Shown: positions 25,176 through 38,000 of the stretch, piece after piece | Position numbering within the stretch: position 1 is the first letter of the stretch | Layout of the letters: each line of letters opens with the position of its first letter | Assembly: GCA_036785375.1 (NCBI GenBank) | Contig: JAWMAR010000079.1 | Span: 930,001 to 994,000, forward strand | From: Leucoraja ocellata | Lineage: Eukaryota | Direction of reading: 5' to 3' | Length of the DNA: 64,000 bases | The notes under the pieces: generated by a model | What the model saw: only the letters and a program-made list of their open reading frames with translations | What the model was told of the DNA's origin: nothing | The model's database searches: none | Program-made: the position numbers and the translations under genes

Positions 25176-26555
25176 GTAAGGATTTATGCTCCCAGCATAA
25201 ATTGGTCGTAGTTCTGTGGACAGTCAAATTGTTGTCGTAAACTTCAGCTCATCATAGGACAGTTTTACAACTTTTACAAGAACGATACTTGTTCTTTATC
25301 AGTCACTCGAATGCAGAAGTTGGTCAAAGAGGTCGACTTGGAACATTTATAGACACTGCATTTGGGAACTGGCACAATCGATCATGTTTGAAACGACAGA
25401 ATAACACCACTTTTAAATATATTTTCGAAAGCATAATGGTACCTCACCCTTGATGATGCCTTTGTACATGGCAAATATGTATATTCCTATCAACTATTTT
25501 ATTTATTCGTTTTGGGGATCTGGACATCACTGACAAGATCAGAGTTTATTGCGCATCCCTGATTGCACTTGTGGGGGGCGATTTAGCTTCCAGAACCACT
25601 GCAATCCGTCTGGAGTTGGCATAAGTGTTCCAAGATTTCGACACAACAGCATTGAAGGACTGGCGATGTGTTACCAAGTTATGATGGCATGCAACTTGGA
25701 GGGAACGTGCAGAGTTGATGTTCCCATGCACCAAACGACCTTGTCCGTTTCAATGGTAGAGGATATGGATTGCAGTGGAGTAATGGTTCCCCAAGTCATG
25801 TGATCCAACTGATAGCCACATTGTTTCAAAGAGTTACACGTTAATGGCCTCAGTCAATTTAATGAGTCGTATCCAGCTATCATTTCGCAAATGCCAGCAG
25901 TGTTATTGCACAACAGGTAGTCGTTTAGTTACAAGGCATACTGATGGCTCGACATTGATCTCTCAGCATCGTGTTTATTCACCCACCAGGATGCACCACT
26001 ATCACCACACTCTCTGGCAGACGGTCCTGTCAGCTACTTGACCATTAACAAAGATTGCACAGATGCATATTCAAAGCTGACAGTCCTCCCAATGAGACAT
26101 GCTGAAGATTGCACGACTCACTCCAAACAGTAGTATTGTGTTGATTAACTGAATGGAACTGAAATGACTTTGTTCCAGAAATCCACAATATGCAGGGGAC
26201 ATTAAGCCAATTTGGTTTGATGCAGACTTTGTGCTGAAATTGCCCCAACGTTTATTAATCATTTATCCTATTCATGTAAATAATTAATGAACACAGTGTA
26301 CAAATGACAAATAAAGGTTTGATACAACTACCTCTGCTGTTACTGAGCATACTAAGAACTCTCAGTAAATAGCAGCAACTCTGGAGAAAACAGACAAGTG
26401 GCGTTTCGGATCCAGAAGAAGTTCTTGACCAGAAATGTCACCTTTCCATTTTCTCCTCAGAGATGCTGCTTGGCCCACTGAGTTACACCAGCATCTGCAG
26501 TTCATTTGTATTATAAAAGTAATCCATTGTAGTTGGTGTCTCTCTTCTTTATCAG

Positions 26556-26720
26556 ACATTATTCGTACGATTCGTGATCCAGAAAAGCCGAATACCCTGG
26601 AAGAACTGGACGTGGTTACTGAAGAATGTGTAGAAGTGAAGTTGTTAGCTGATGATGAATATCTCATCATTATTCGATTCACACCAACAGTTCCTCACTG
26701 CTCTCTAGCTACTCTGATCG
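26556..26720 (+). CDS. CIAO2A: CIAO2A exon 2 (165 nt)
   Basis: [21 protein letters not shown]...[18 protein letters not shown] (DUF59/MIP18 signature); tcag| acceptor and G|GTGAGT donor. Confidence 0.98.
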
Positions 26721-28635
26721 GTGAGTGAATAAAGAAACTTTATTTCGGTGAAATGAATGGTCCCGACCAAAAGCATTGTCTGTCCATTTCCTATCATGGA
26801 AGCTGCCTAACCTATCAAGTTCATCCAGCAGTTTGTTTAACTGTACTTCAGTAGCAACTTTCACAGACTCAAATCTCACAAAAAAGACTAAAGCACTTGA
26901 AGGTCAGGCAGCATTTATAGATAGAGAAGCAGTTAATGTCAATCATTTTGCATCAATTCTACATAATGCTGCAAGACCTACTGAGAGTTTCCAGCATTTT
27001 CTGGTTTATTTCAGATCTGCAGTTTTAAAATGTTTCAATTGAGAGAACTGTTCCTCTTTGAATTAGTGCCATGAAATAATTTTCACCTAGAAAGGGACAG
27101 GGCCTGTGCAAACAATTCCCCTGAAAGATGGCATCGCCAGCAATAGAGCATTCTCAAGGTATTGTCATAGATTCATACAGCATGGAAACAGGCCCTTCTG
27201 CCCAACTGGTCCATGCCAACCAAGATGCCTCATCTATGCTGGTCACATTTAACAGTGGTTGGCCCAAATGCCTCACAACCTTTCCTATTCTTCCCCATGT
27301 CCTGAAGAGTCGGGTTAGAGTTCATGTTTGTCTCTTGAATAGGACTGGAATCCACAACCAACAAACTTGGGAGCAAGTGTTATTCATTGCGCTTTGGGAG
27401 TGAGAAGGGTTGCAATAAACTTATCTTAGGTATCTCCTTAGTTGTCCTTGGTTAGCATGTCACTAGCCTATCAACAGGTTGCTTGTCCATAGAACATAGC
27501 ACAGTATAGCACAGAAACAGGCCCTTTGGTCCATAATGTCTGTGCCAAACTTGATGCCAAGATAAATTAAATCTCTTCTGCTTACATATACAATTCATAT
27601 ATACCTCCATTCCCTGTATAACCATGTGCACATCTAAAAGCCTCTTAAACATCACTATTGTATCTGCCTCCACCACCACTCCTGGTTGAACATTCCAGGC
27701 CCCCACCACTCTCTGTGTAAACAAACCTTTGCTCCCCATCACCTTAACGTTATGCCCTCTGGTCTTTGATATTGTCACCATGGGGAAAAATGGTTATGAC
27801 CGTCCACCCTACCAATGTCCATCTGGTATCAGGAGAAATGAATGTGTGTGGAGACTAGGAAAATGGGGAGAGAGAGTACAGAGTCTCTTGCTCATTGGCA
27901 AAACTTTTCTAAAACAGAACTTCTACCAGATCTGCTGTACTTATCCATTTTCTTAAAATAATGCAGATCAAGGTCCTGGCAGGAGGGGTCATGTAATACT
28001 ATCAATAAACTTTTAATTCTGCCACCCCACTCTTATCAGCACTCAGTGCTGTTTCCACGCTTCTGCATTTGGGATGTTTCCTGATAGCAAGGGTTGATGA
28101 GTCATTTATCTACCTTGACACACGATGTCACCATTCTTTCATCCTCCAAAAAGAAAACTCTTAAGACTCATAGCTGGGTGCACTGCATTCATTTATTTTA
28201 TTTTATTTTTTTTAAGTTGTAGGATTCTCAGTAGACCAGAGTCAGAATGGTTTCATTCTTTACCATTTAAATTTGATATTACACCCAGATATAAAACATG
28301 CAATGACTAGAAAGTTGTAAACTTAAAAACAAACAAAAAAAATAGATTAATGCATGAAAATAAAAACGTCAGTGTATGGGGAACAAACTAGGAGTGATGG
28401 AATGGGACTAGTTGGCTCCGTCAGAAAACACGAGCTGAATGGCCTCTTCCTGTACTATTTAATCCTATAATTCAAAGCGTATCAGCATTCATCTGTTGAA
28501 TATAGTACTGCTCAAGCTGCATGAAGTCCAGGCGTCCAATTATAACCATAAAGAAAAGAGAATCTTATGCAGGCAAACTCCATTTACTAATTTGGTTGTA
28601 TAGAGCAGCTAAAATCACACAATAATATGTTGACG

Positions 28636-29045
28636 ATAGATACAAAAAGCTGGAGTATCTCAGCGGGTCAGGCAGCATCTCTGGAGAAAAGGAATTGTGA
28701 CATTTTTGGTACCTTCTTCAGACTGAGAGTCAGGAAAGGAAAACGAGGGATATAGGAAGTACATAGAACAAATGTATGAAAGATATGCAAAAAGCAACGA
28801 TGATCCAGGAAAGGTGGAGCCCACAATGGTCCATTGTTGTCTGTGGGGTAGATGATAACAAGTTATACAGACAGTGAAACTCAACAGGACGACAGTGAAA
28901 CTAGTACAACGGAGGAGGGACAGAGAGAGAGTGGATGCAAGGATTACTTGAAATTAGAGAAATCAATATACATATGTCTGGGTCATAAGCTGCTAAAGTA
29001 AAATACGAGGTCCTGTTCCTCCAATTTGCTTTTGGCCTCACTCGA
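28636..29045 (-). mobile_element. Penelope-like element 3' end joined to the hammerhead-bearing terminal repeat
   Basis: Endonuclease C-terminus (SEAKSKLEEQ...DFSNFK*) contiguous with the ctgaagaagg...gatgctgcctgacccgctgag repeat. Confidence 0.8.
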
Positions 29046-31206
29046 GGATTGTCAATAGCATCACAATGATGGCATTCAACTCTAACCTCAGTTCTTCATA
29101 TAGATAACATTGATGTCAACATAGGAGAGGTGATTGATTCTGTTTGGACGAGGTTGCTAAAGGCGTTCATGAATCTCTTGGCTTCACCTGTGGGTCAAAG
29201 TTTCAGGCTCACAGGAGAGATTGGCAGGAAAATAAATGGCGAAGAACATACCCCATCTTTTGTAAAAGAAAAGTTGGTGAATAAGATCTCTTAATCTTCC
29301 AGTAGTGGCTGTTTGGATAGTTCTGGGCAAGTGGACATCCAGTGGTGAACTGTGTGTCTAAGGTACAACTCTGCTCTCATGTCAGTTGAAACAATTTTCC
29401 ATTTCTCCTCCATTTTCCTTCATTCCCACACACTTCAAGAATCCAGTTGTCAGGGTGATTTGCTGACCCTTACTGAAATCCTAACAAAACAGATTAAAAA
29501 GGATGCTGTTTGATTTCTTTGTGGCATTAATGCCACAGCATTGAAGCTCAGCTTTGAGCAGGTGTCAGTCGGTAGCCTTCCCAGCCTCTCGTTTCTGTTT
29601 GTAAGATTCTGACCTTCCTCGATCAGAGTTAACCTAATTTTATTCTGTGCTCAGAACTGTCACTCTTCGATGAACAAAATGGGGCTCCAGTTCCTGCAGA
29701 TTCTGCTTCCCGTTTCATCGTTGTAGCAGGTTATGACCCACGCTAAACTATTTCAAGTAATTGTCTCAGGTTAAAAGGTTGGAGGTCAAAGGGCATTGAA
29801 TTAAGTTTCTTGTCAGGAGTTGAAAGTATTTTCGCACAGTTGACCATCAAAGCTTTTCTTCCTCTGAATAATCCATTGATGAAACCAATTAGTTGTTGCC
29901 ACGGCATGGGAACCAAGAAACAAAGAAAAGCTTGGACGTGTATTGTGCCTTTTATGGTGATGGGGCACCCAAAGCTCTTTATTGACAAAATACTTTTTGA
30001 AGTCACTGCTATGATTTAGGAAGTCCACCAACCAATCTGTGCAAGCAGGATCCTACAAACAATAAGATGTTAATAACTAACGGAATTAATAGTGGGGTAA
30101 ATATTTACCAGGAAACCGTGGGGAACTGCCTTGATTCTTTACAAAAGAATGCAGTGCAGTCTTTTTATACCCACCTGCAAGAATAGACATGGCCAGTGTT
30201 TAACAACTCATCCAGAAGAAGGTACTTCCAACACTACATACATACGACTCTGCAAGTCATTTCTCAAATTAATGGATGCACTCGACATGGATGTGCTCAG
30301 GTGAACTGAAACCATTAAAGGATTAGTTTGGACAAGATATGCTTTTTATCCTGGTCACTAATCCCTAGTTTTATTGATCCAATAAAAGAGGCATTTGAAC
30401 AGAGATTGCTTGCTCTCCAAGTACTGTCACCATAATAATAGTCTTTCTTGGGACAGTATTGGGAAGAGTCTTGGTGCAACAGGTGCATGGCAAGGTTGCC
30501 ATCTTCCTCCCCTTGTGACAATGCAGCACTCCCGTGGCCCTGCGCTGTATTTATCAGCATGAAGCCTGCTGTTATGCTTTAAATGTGAAAGAAGTTGAGG
30601 AAAGATTGTTTTGGCTGGGCACCAGGCTGCAGTCCCATCTCCAGGGTTCAGCTTGGATCCACTGAACACGCTGCTGAAATTCTTCCAAGTTACCAGTATG
30701 CAAGGGACCAAAGTAAACTTGGCCATCCTTTGTATGCCCAGGTCGCACAAGTGTGCCTAAAACACCAATCTTGCCAAAATGCAGGAAATGGAAGTTGTAG
30801 GATTGTATTCACAAGTGTGGTCTTAGTCTGGATTTGTAGACATTTTGAGGACCTGCATTCTTGTGCTGGTAAATGGCAAAGGGGATTAGATCTGCAGTTT
30901 TTACAGTCACTTCTCATGCATCATTCCTCTTAAGAGCACAGCACCTCAGAACAAGTTGTGCTCGATATTAACTTTGGGCAGCATTCTCCAGCCAATCCCA
31001 TTGGAAGTGCAAGTGAGAATGGGATCATCTCTGCCATCGTAGAGCTTGCAAGGTCTGAAGGAATTTGGTATCATGGGGACTGAACCAGTAAACTGTCAAA
31101 GCCTTTAAAAGATGAAAGCTAAATGGCAACGAAGGAATTAACTTCTGTGAATGATATTGCTTGATTTTGCACAATGTTTATACAATTATTGTATTTATAC
31201 TTGAAG

Positions 31207-31256
31207 GTCTCTGTCTACGAGTCAAGTTGCAACGATGTTTACCTTTCAAACACAAG
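31207..31256 (+). CDS. CIAO2A: CIAO2A exon 3 (50 nt)
   Basis: GLCLRVKLQRCLPFKHK; gaag| acceptor and AAG|GTAAGG donor. Confidence 0.97.
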
Positions 31257-32915
31257 GTAAGGAGAAATGGCTTTTTGATCGATCCCTCTAGTCGTTATTA
31301 AGAAGGATCCTTGACAATCGAGTTTGCCAATGGAGTTTTAATTTCTCTGGAGCTTTCAAAATCTCTCAGCTCTAGTTTAGACAGTCAATGTCAAACCTCT
31401 GTCACAGCTTGATGATATGGATGGATCCAAGCAGCAGGTCAAGGTCCATCGTCATAATCATAATTAGGAATTAAAACAAAATGTAAGAGAAAGGAAGGGC
31501 CTACGGCAGTTCTTGGGAAAGCACGAGTTCCGATCAGTAGTTTGTTTGAGGGTAATATCATCTGAACTCACTGGCCTTCAGTGAGATGTAGACACAAGAG
31601 ATTGCAGATGCTGAAATGTTAAGCAAAAATAAAACACTGCTGGAGGAATTCAGCCAGTCAGGCAGCATGCGTGAAGGAAAATGGACAAATGACATTGAGG
31701 CACAACTTTTCTTTGGACTGAAGAAAAACTCTCACCGGATAAGTCATCTGTCCATTTTCCTCCAAGATGCTGCCTGATATGCTGAGCTCTTCCAGCAGTT
31801 TGTTCGGGGGATGTACTTTGGAATGGGATTAGACATTGAGCCTGTTCTACTGTGTTGATCTATATCATCGAGTCATTTAGAACAGAAGAGGCCCTTTGGC
31901 CCATCACGCCCACAATAACTTACGTTGATCTATTCCAATTCCATTTGTCCCTCATTAAGTCATGGCCTTCTGTGTGTTGACAATTGAAATGCGATAACTG
32001 GTTAATCCAACAAAGTGCTTTGGTAGTTGATTTCTGTTTATATCTTCTCTGACCCGATTTCACTCTTCCCGTTGTATCATCCATATAGACTCCCCCCCCC
32101 AACCTATATTCATCTCATGTTGCCTTGTTTCTATGACGTCGGAATCACACACAAGAACAAATTTGGTAATTTCTTTCTGCAGTTTTACACATCATCTTTC
32201 TCCCTCCACTTCCTGCATGTATGTATATCCTACCTAGAGAATAATCTTTTCTCAATTCACTTAGACATACACATTCAAAGTCTCAGTTACCCAATGTCTG
32301 ACATAATTATTCAACACGGCATTCGTGTCACTACAAGTCTGCTCAACCAAACTCGCATTCACCCTTGCCATTTTCCTCAAGTGACTCCTAATGTTCCTAA
32401 TCCAGTACCTGCTTAGCAGAAATTGATTCCATCCAACTTTGGGTATGATCAAAACCATTTTCACAGTCCCAGTAAGAAACCTCAGTTCATAGCCATCAAT
32501 TCAGTTAAGCAATTCTTCCGTGTTAACAATCTTATCCTTAATTTCAAATCCCTCCATAACCTCACTCCTCTAATCTCCAACTACAACTCCCCAGAATCTC
32601 TGCAAATCTCCAACTTGGTTGGAGACCTCATGGTTCTCCAAGAACAGATTTGCTATACCTGAGCAACTACTGTATGACTATATTTTCTTACTGCCTTTGT
32701 CTGTGTTAGCCCATACCTGTCGATTAGAGTTTTTTCCCCAGCTTTAAAGATTAAGACAGACTTTTACTTGAGCCTTTCATGGCAAACTCTGCTCAGTATC
32801 TACTCAGATTCAATTGGTAAATTCCCCCTGTAACATGGTCATCTGTATTACTTGTTTTCTGTTTTGACTGTCATTTCCTTAAAAAGTTGTCCGATTGCTT
32901 ATTGACCTTGACGGA

Positions 32916-33230
32916 GGACGGCACGATGGCGCAGCGATAGAGTTGCTGCTTTACAGCGCCGGAGACCCGGGTTCGATCCCGGACTACACGGGCTGTCTGT
33001 ATGGAGTCTGTATGTTTTCCCCGTGACTGCGTGGGTTTTCTCAGAGATCTAAGGTTTCTCCGAGATCTAACGCACACGCCAAAGACATACGCTTGTAGGT
33101 TAATTGGCTTGATACAAGTGTAAATTGCCCCAAGTGTGTGTGGGATAGTGTTAATATGCGGGAATCGCTGGTCGATGCGGACGCGGTGGGCCAAAGGGCC
33201 TGTTTCTGCGCTGTATTTCTAAACTAAACT
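32916..33230 (+). mobile_element. HE1-like V-SINE
   Basis: Full-length, CpG-retaining, ctaaactaaact tail. Confidence 0.9.
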
Positions 33231-33539
33231 CCTAAATCTGAAGCAATACAACATAATACAATACGGTTTTATTCATCACATTGCACATAAAGTGCAAGTG
33301 AAATGAATTTGCCAGCAGTGGTACAATGATAAAGAACACACAATACACAATAAAAATGTAACACAAACATCCACCACAGCATTCATCACAGTGGTGGAAG
33401 TGACAACATTTGGCCAGTCCTCCATTAGTCTTTTCAAAGTTGCTGCCCGACCCGAATATTCTCAGCACTTTGTTTTTGTTTTAGATTTCCAATATCCGCA
33501 GTCTTTAGCTATTTGATTGACATGAGTGTTGTTTTACAG

Positions 33540-33585
33540 TTGGAAATCTACATCTCTGAAGGGTCACACTCCACGGAAGAAGATA
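33540..33585 (+). CDS. CIAO2A: CIAO2A exon 4 (46 nt)
   Basis: LEIYISEGSHSTEED; tacag| acceptor and A|GTAAGT donor. Confidence 0.97.
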
Positions 33586-34612
33586 GTAAGTATGTTTTAA
33601 TTAGGCTTTGAGGGATTTGATTTTTATCATTAAATAATGATAAATGACCCAGTTCACCCACGCTCTATTCCCTAGTTTAAAAACTGTTGTTTATCATCAC
33701 ATGTATAGGGCATTGAACAGAACTCTCCATTCTGTTCAGCTGCACGCTGCAGATTGCAATCGTGAACAATTACTTTATGCATCATTCAAGTAAAAATTTT
33801 ACCTCAAATCTTAAAGCTGTCAGATTATCGCTCACCTTTCAATACTTTGTAGTTACTGGGGAAGGTCATCAACTGTAATAATCTTGGATATGTGTAATCC
33901 TAACTATTCAAATGGAGAAAAATGGAAATTAATGCCTAAAAATAAACATAAATCGCATGATTGTGGCACAGAAGGAGACCACTCGCACCATCCCGTCAAT
34001 GCTGGCTCATCTTTGTTTTGTCAAAATTATCAGCTTTTAAGTTTGCCGAACATTGTTTTAATTACGTAGGAAGGAACTGCAGATGCTGGTTTAAACTGAA
34101 GAGAAAAAAAAAAAATCTACATTTCAGTTGCTATCAGAAGGGCAAAATGGGGAGACAGATATCCTTGGTAAATAAGGCAAAAAAGAATCCTAAAATGTTC
34201 TATGTATACTGGGACTGGCAGAGGTCGGCACATTGTTTGGCATGGACAATTTGGACCAAAGTTTCTATGCTTTATCATTATGACCCTAACATCATTGTGT
34301 CATCCAACTAAGTAGCATTAACCATTTGTAGACCAGGCTATTTATTGCATTAGGGGTTGGTGAACAAGGTTGAGTACAGCTAACGCACATTTTGTTCCCC
34401 GTTTGTTTTTAATGGGACTGTTTGCCTGTAGCTTTTGGATTTGTCACGGCATAAATGTTGACATTGTTGTATGTGGTGGGTGGTTTTCAGAAATAGGCTC
34501 CAATGCCCTGTACTGATGAGACAAAATACTGCCTTGGGTATTTAGATTTGCTGAAGGCAGTTTTCACCACATGTTGCTGATTCCCCCTCATTTCTTCTTT
34601 TTTTTTTTTAAG

Positions 34613-34713
34613 TTAACAAGCAGATTAACGACAAGGAGCGAGTGGCAGCTGCAATGGAGAACCCAAATTTGCGGGAGATAGTGGAGCAGTGCGTTCTGGA
34701 GCCCGATGATTAA
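34613..34713 (+). CDS. CIAO2A: CIAO2A exon 5 to stop (total CDS 486 nt, 161 aa)
   Basis: Poly-T tract then taag|; [33 protein letters not shown]. Confidence 0.98.
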
Positions 34714-35000
34714 CAACTGCCAGGCTCGCTGGGGAAAGGACTCATAGGCAGCCTGCAGTTCACCAGGTCTGCCAGTACAAGGACTGTCCACCGGGGGCTC
34801 CACTCTTGCAACAAACTATAATGCTCTGGCAATCATTTAAAAAACATCATCTTTGTTTTGTATTCATGTTATGTGATGAGATTTCCATATTATTTCTATT
34901 GTTTTACATTGAGAAATTCATGCAAAACAAGAGTCTCTTTTGATATACGTGGAAATGAATGCATCAGAATATTGCTCCAATGCAAATTGAGTGTTCAATT

Positions 35001-35006
35001 ATTAAA
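35001..35006 (+). terminator. Candidate polyadenylation signal (ATTAAA) of CIAO2A
   Basis: ATTAAA about 290 nt after the stop, followed by T-rich sequence. Confidence 0.45.
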
Positions 35007-38000
35007 TCAGTATTTTTTTATAGAATACAAGAGATAACACTGAAGAATGTCAGCCACTGAGCTGAATTGTTGTGATCCCAGCAATAGGAGAGGAAAGGTA
35101 TCGGACCCCTTTTGGTCCCATCATACCCAATCAAAAGGGAACGCAGTCTCAGGCACTTCTTACAAAGCTGTATGGTGGTTGAAAGAAAATTTAAAAATGC
35201 TAAAAGTGTTCAGCAGGTTAGGCAGCATCTGTGGAGAGAGAACTGGTTAATGTTTCAGATAGCTGACCTCTCATGCTGCTGACTATTTCTCAGCATCCCA
35301 ATTTCTCAGCATCCCAATTTCAGATCTGCAGTGTTTTATAGGCTCTATGGAGTGATGTGAAAGGATTGCATGTGAATATTAACATTGTATATTTATGAGA
35401 TTTGGTTCCCGAGGCCTGGGTCCAGCCACTGTATCCAACGTTATGGGAACAGACTATATATCACTGTATACACTATATATCACTGGCCTAAGTGCTCTGT
35501 GAGCCATCTTCCTGGTTCCAATTCTTGGTACCCCTCAGGGTCTCCCAGTGCTAGGGGAACAGCTAGCTGTTGACACGGAATGGGTAATTTCCCAACCTTC
35601 AATGATATAGGCAGTGACATTACCAGAGAACAAATATAAAGCTTGATACCAAATGATGGCATCGAAGCATACCTGAACACAAGGTTGTTTTGCATCTTAA
35701 AGCCCACACGTTGTGCTTGCAATACAGAAGTGGCCAAATAGCACGTGGATACTGATATTTGAGAGATGCATTTCCACAGATGCCATGATTGGGCCCAGGT
35801 CTGTCCACAGTGGCCACTGGATAGCAATCAAAAACAGAGATTGATGACTTTACCCCTCAATCCAAGGGCAATGATACCAATGGTCCTCCCCCAACAGGAA
35901 CTTGGACCTCCCAGTCTTCATGACTTGCTGGTACTGACCGAGTTGCATGGCTGAGATGCTTCAAACTGAAAGGGCTTCTCCCCACCAGGTTAGCACACAC
36001 TCAGGTGGTGTTTGTAACTTCAGCAATTAGTGGAACTGAACTTCCTGCCATCCCAGTACATTGTCCTGCTTCCCCTTTTTAAACTTGCATTTCAACTTTT
36101 GTCATTGAACAGTAGATGAAGCCCCACTTGGTGCAGAACTGCACCCTCGTGTATCCAGCATTCCCATCAATACCTGTTGACTGTTTGTCTCAACTATCCT
36201 GTGTATGGCTGTCAGTTCTATATTTTTGTAGGTCTGAGCATTCAGTTTTGAATGGTTTACCTGCAGGGGTTTCTATCAATTTGGGATTAAAGATGCTTTG
36301 CACTGAGCCATGGTTTCAATGTAATTACAATGGGAGTATTTTCCAACTCAATAACTTCCAAGATGTCACATCTGCTTATCTTACATTGAGTTTCTAAATC
36401 CTACTTACTGAAGGGATTGCAAACCCATGTCTCACTGTTCTGTGGTGCCATTTAATAAAACAGCCCGATCTTCTTACTTTACTACACCTACCATGTGGAG
36501 CTCAGTATCCACATCAGTCTGGTACATTCAACAATCACCCACAGCCCCGGAGGCTGGAGAATTCCAAGGATTCCAAGACATTTCTCATCCTGACTTCTAG
36601 CCAGAAATAAACATTGTACCCGCACTTTCGCAGTCTTTCTGCAACCAAGATACTTTCTCTTCATTGTTCCTTCATTTGTTCTCTCCATCTAATTCTTGGC
36701 CATTAATGACTCCTCTCTATCCCAACACTTGAACCCAAATATCATCAACACATTTCCTTCCATACAAAGAATGATTTGTGCCCAGAATTCACTCGCTCAC
36801 AATCTACATTTACTTGCATTTGTACATGTAAACACCTCAATGCCCACCAATAAAATTCGATCCCAATTCGTGCAAGGAGAACATTTGGAGCAGATGTCCA
36901 GAAGCTTGTTTAAAGGATTAAAGAGTTTGTTCAAGAGTAGAAAGGACAGAGAGAAATTTAGAGAGGAAATGAAAGGGGTTAGAGCTGGTTTAAGTGAAGA
37001 CATGGCCTCCAATGCTGATGTAAAAATGTCCAGGAGGAACAAGAGGTTAGGGTTGGAGTGACAACAAAGGGTTGTAGAACTGGGGAAAGGGAGAGGGGTT
37101 AGAGATTACAGAAGGATGGAAGAGTAGGGTTGAGGATAGAGGCTTTTATAGAACCACGTGCAGTTGGATCATGAAACCACACCATTGAGATTATGAACCA
37201 AAACTTGGAGCAACTCAGGTCAGGCAGCATTTATGGAGGAAATGAACAGACGCCATTTCGATTTGGGACTCTTCTTCAGCAGTCTGATTCATGCTCACAA
37301 TTCCAGCATCTGCAGTCACTTGTGTCCTCATTGATTCAATGGAATGGTTTTGTTGTTTTCTTTGTGTGTCCCACTATGGTCCACTAAAGTACCTTTCCCT
37401 CCGTGAGGAATTGTTATACTCTTATCGTTTGTAAGTTCATAACTGCACTGCACCCCATTGCTTGCTCTCTTGATTTCCATCTGTAGAGTGGTTTCCCCAG
37501 TTAGCCCCAGAACACAATGGTGAAAGTCTGGAAATCTTTGATGCTACTATTCACATGCATTTCCCCATAGAATTAAACATTTTACCCCCTCTCCAATCTT
37601 TGCACATCCCCAATCCTTTCCACTCGTACTTTAAATTCCTGTATCTTGTGTTTTATGACTGCTGGCAGATCAATTTCCCTCCTGGGATAAATAAAGTTTT
37701 ATCGTATCGCAACTAATATTTATTTTTCTCCCATTTTAATTTTCAATTTGGGGAATTATATTTATGAAAATATGCATCGAAACAGACTGGTTGCCAGCTG
37801 TAATCCACTACCGAACAAGTTAAGTGTTCAGATTTATAAAACAACAAATTCACCGTCCACCACCCATCCAAATCCCAGTTAAGAGCCACCTCTTGTGTGG
37901 AGCCGGGCCAAGTGTGGAATAGGTAGACAGCTAATTAGTTAAACAGACATGTGTTGACTCAGGTGCTGGAGCTTGATTTACTGAACTGCCACTGGCCTAA

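Noticed and set aside
34680-35020. Iron-responsive element in CIAO2A
   Set aside because: The CAGTGC near 34687 lacks the flanking 5-bp stem and C bulge; no IRE-like hairpin seen in the UTRs
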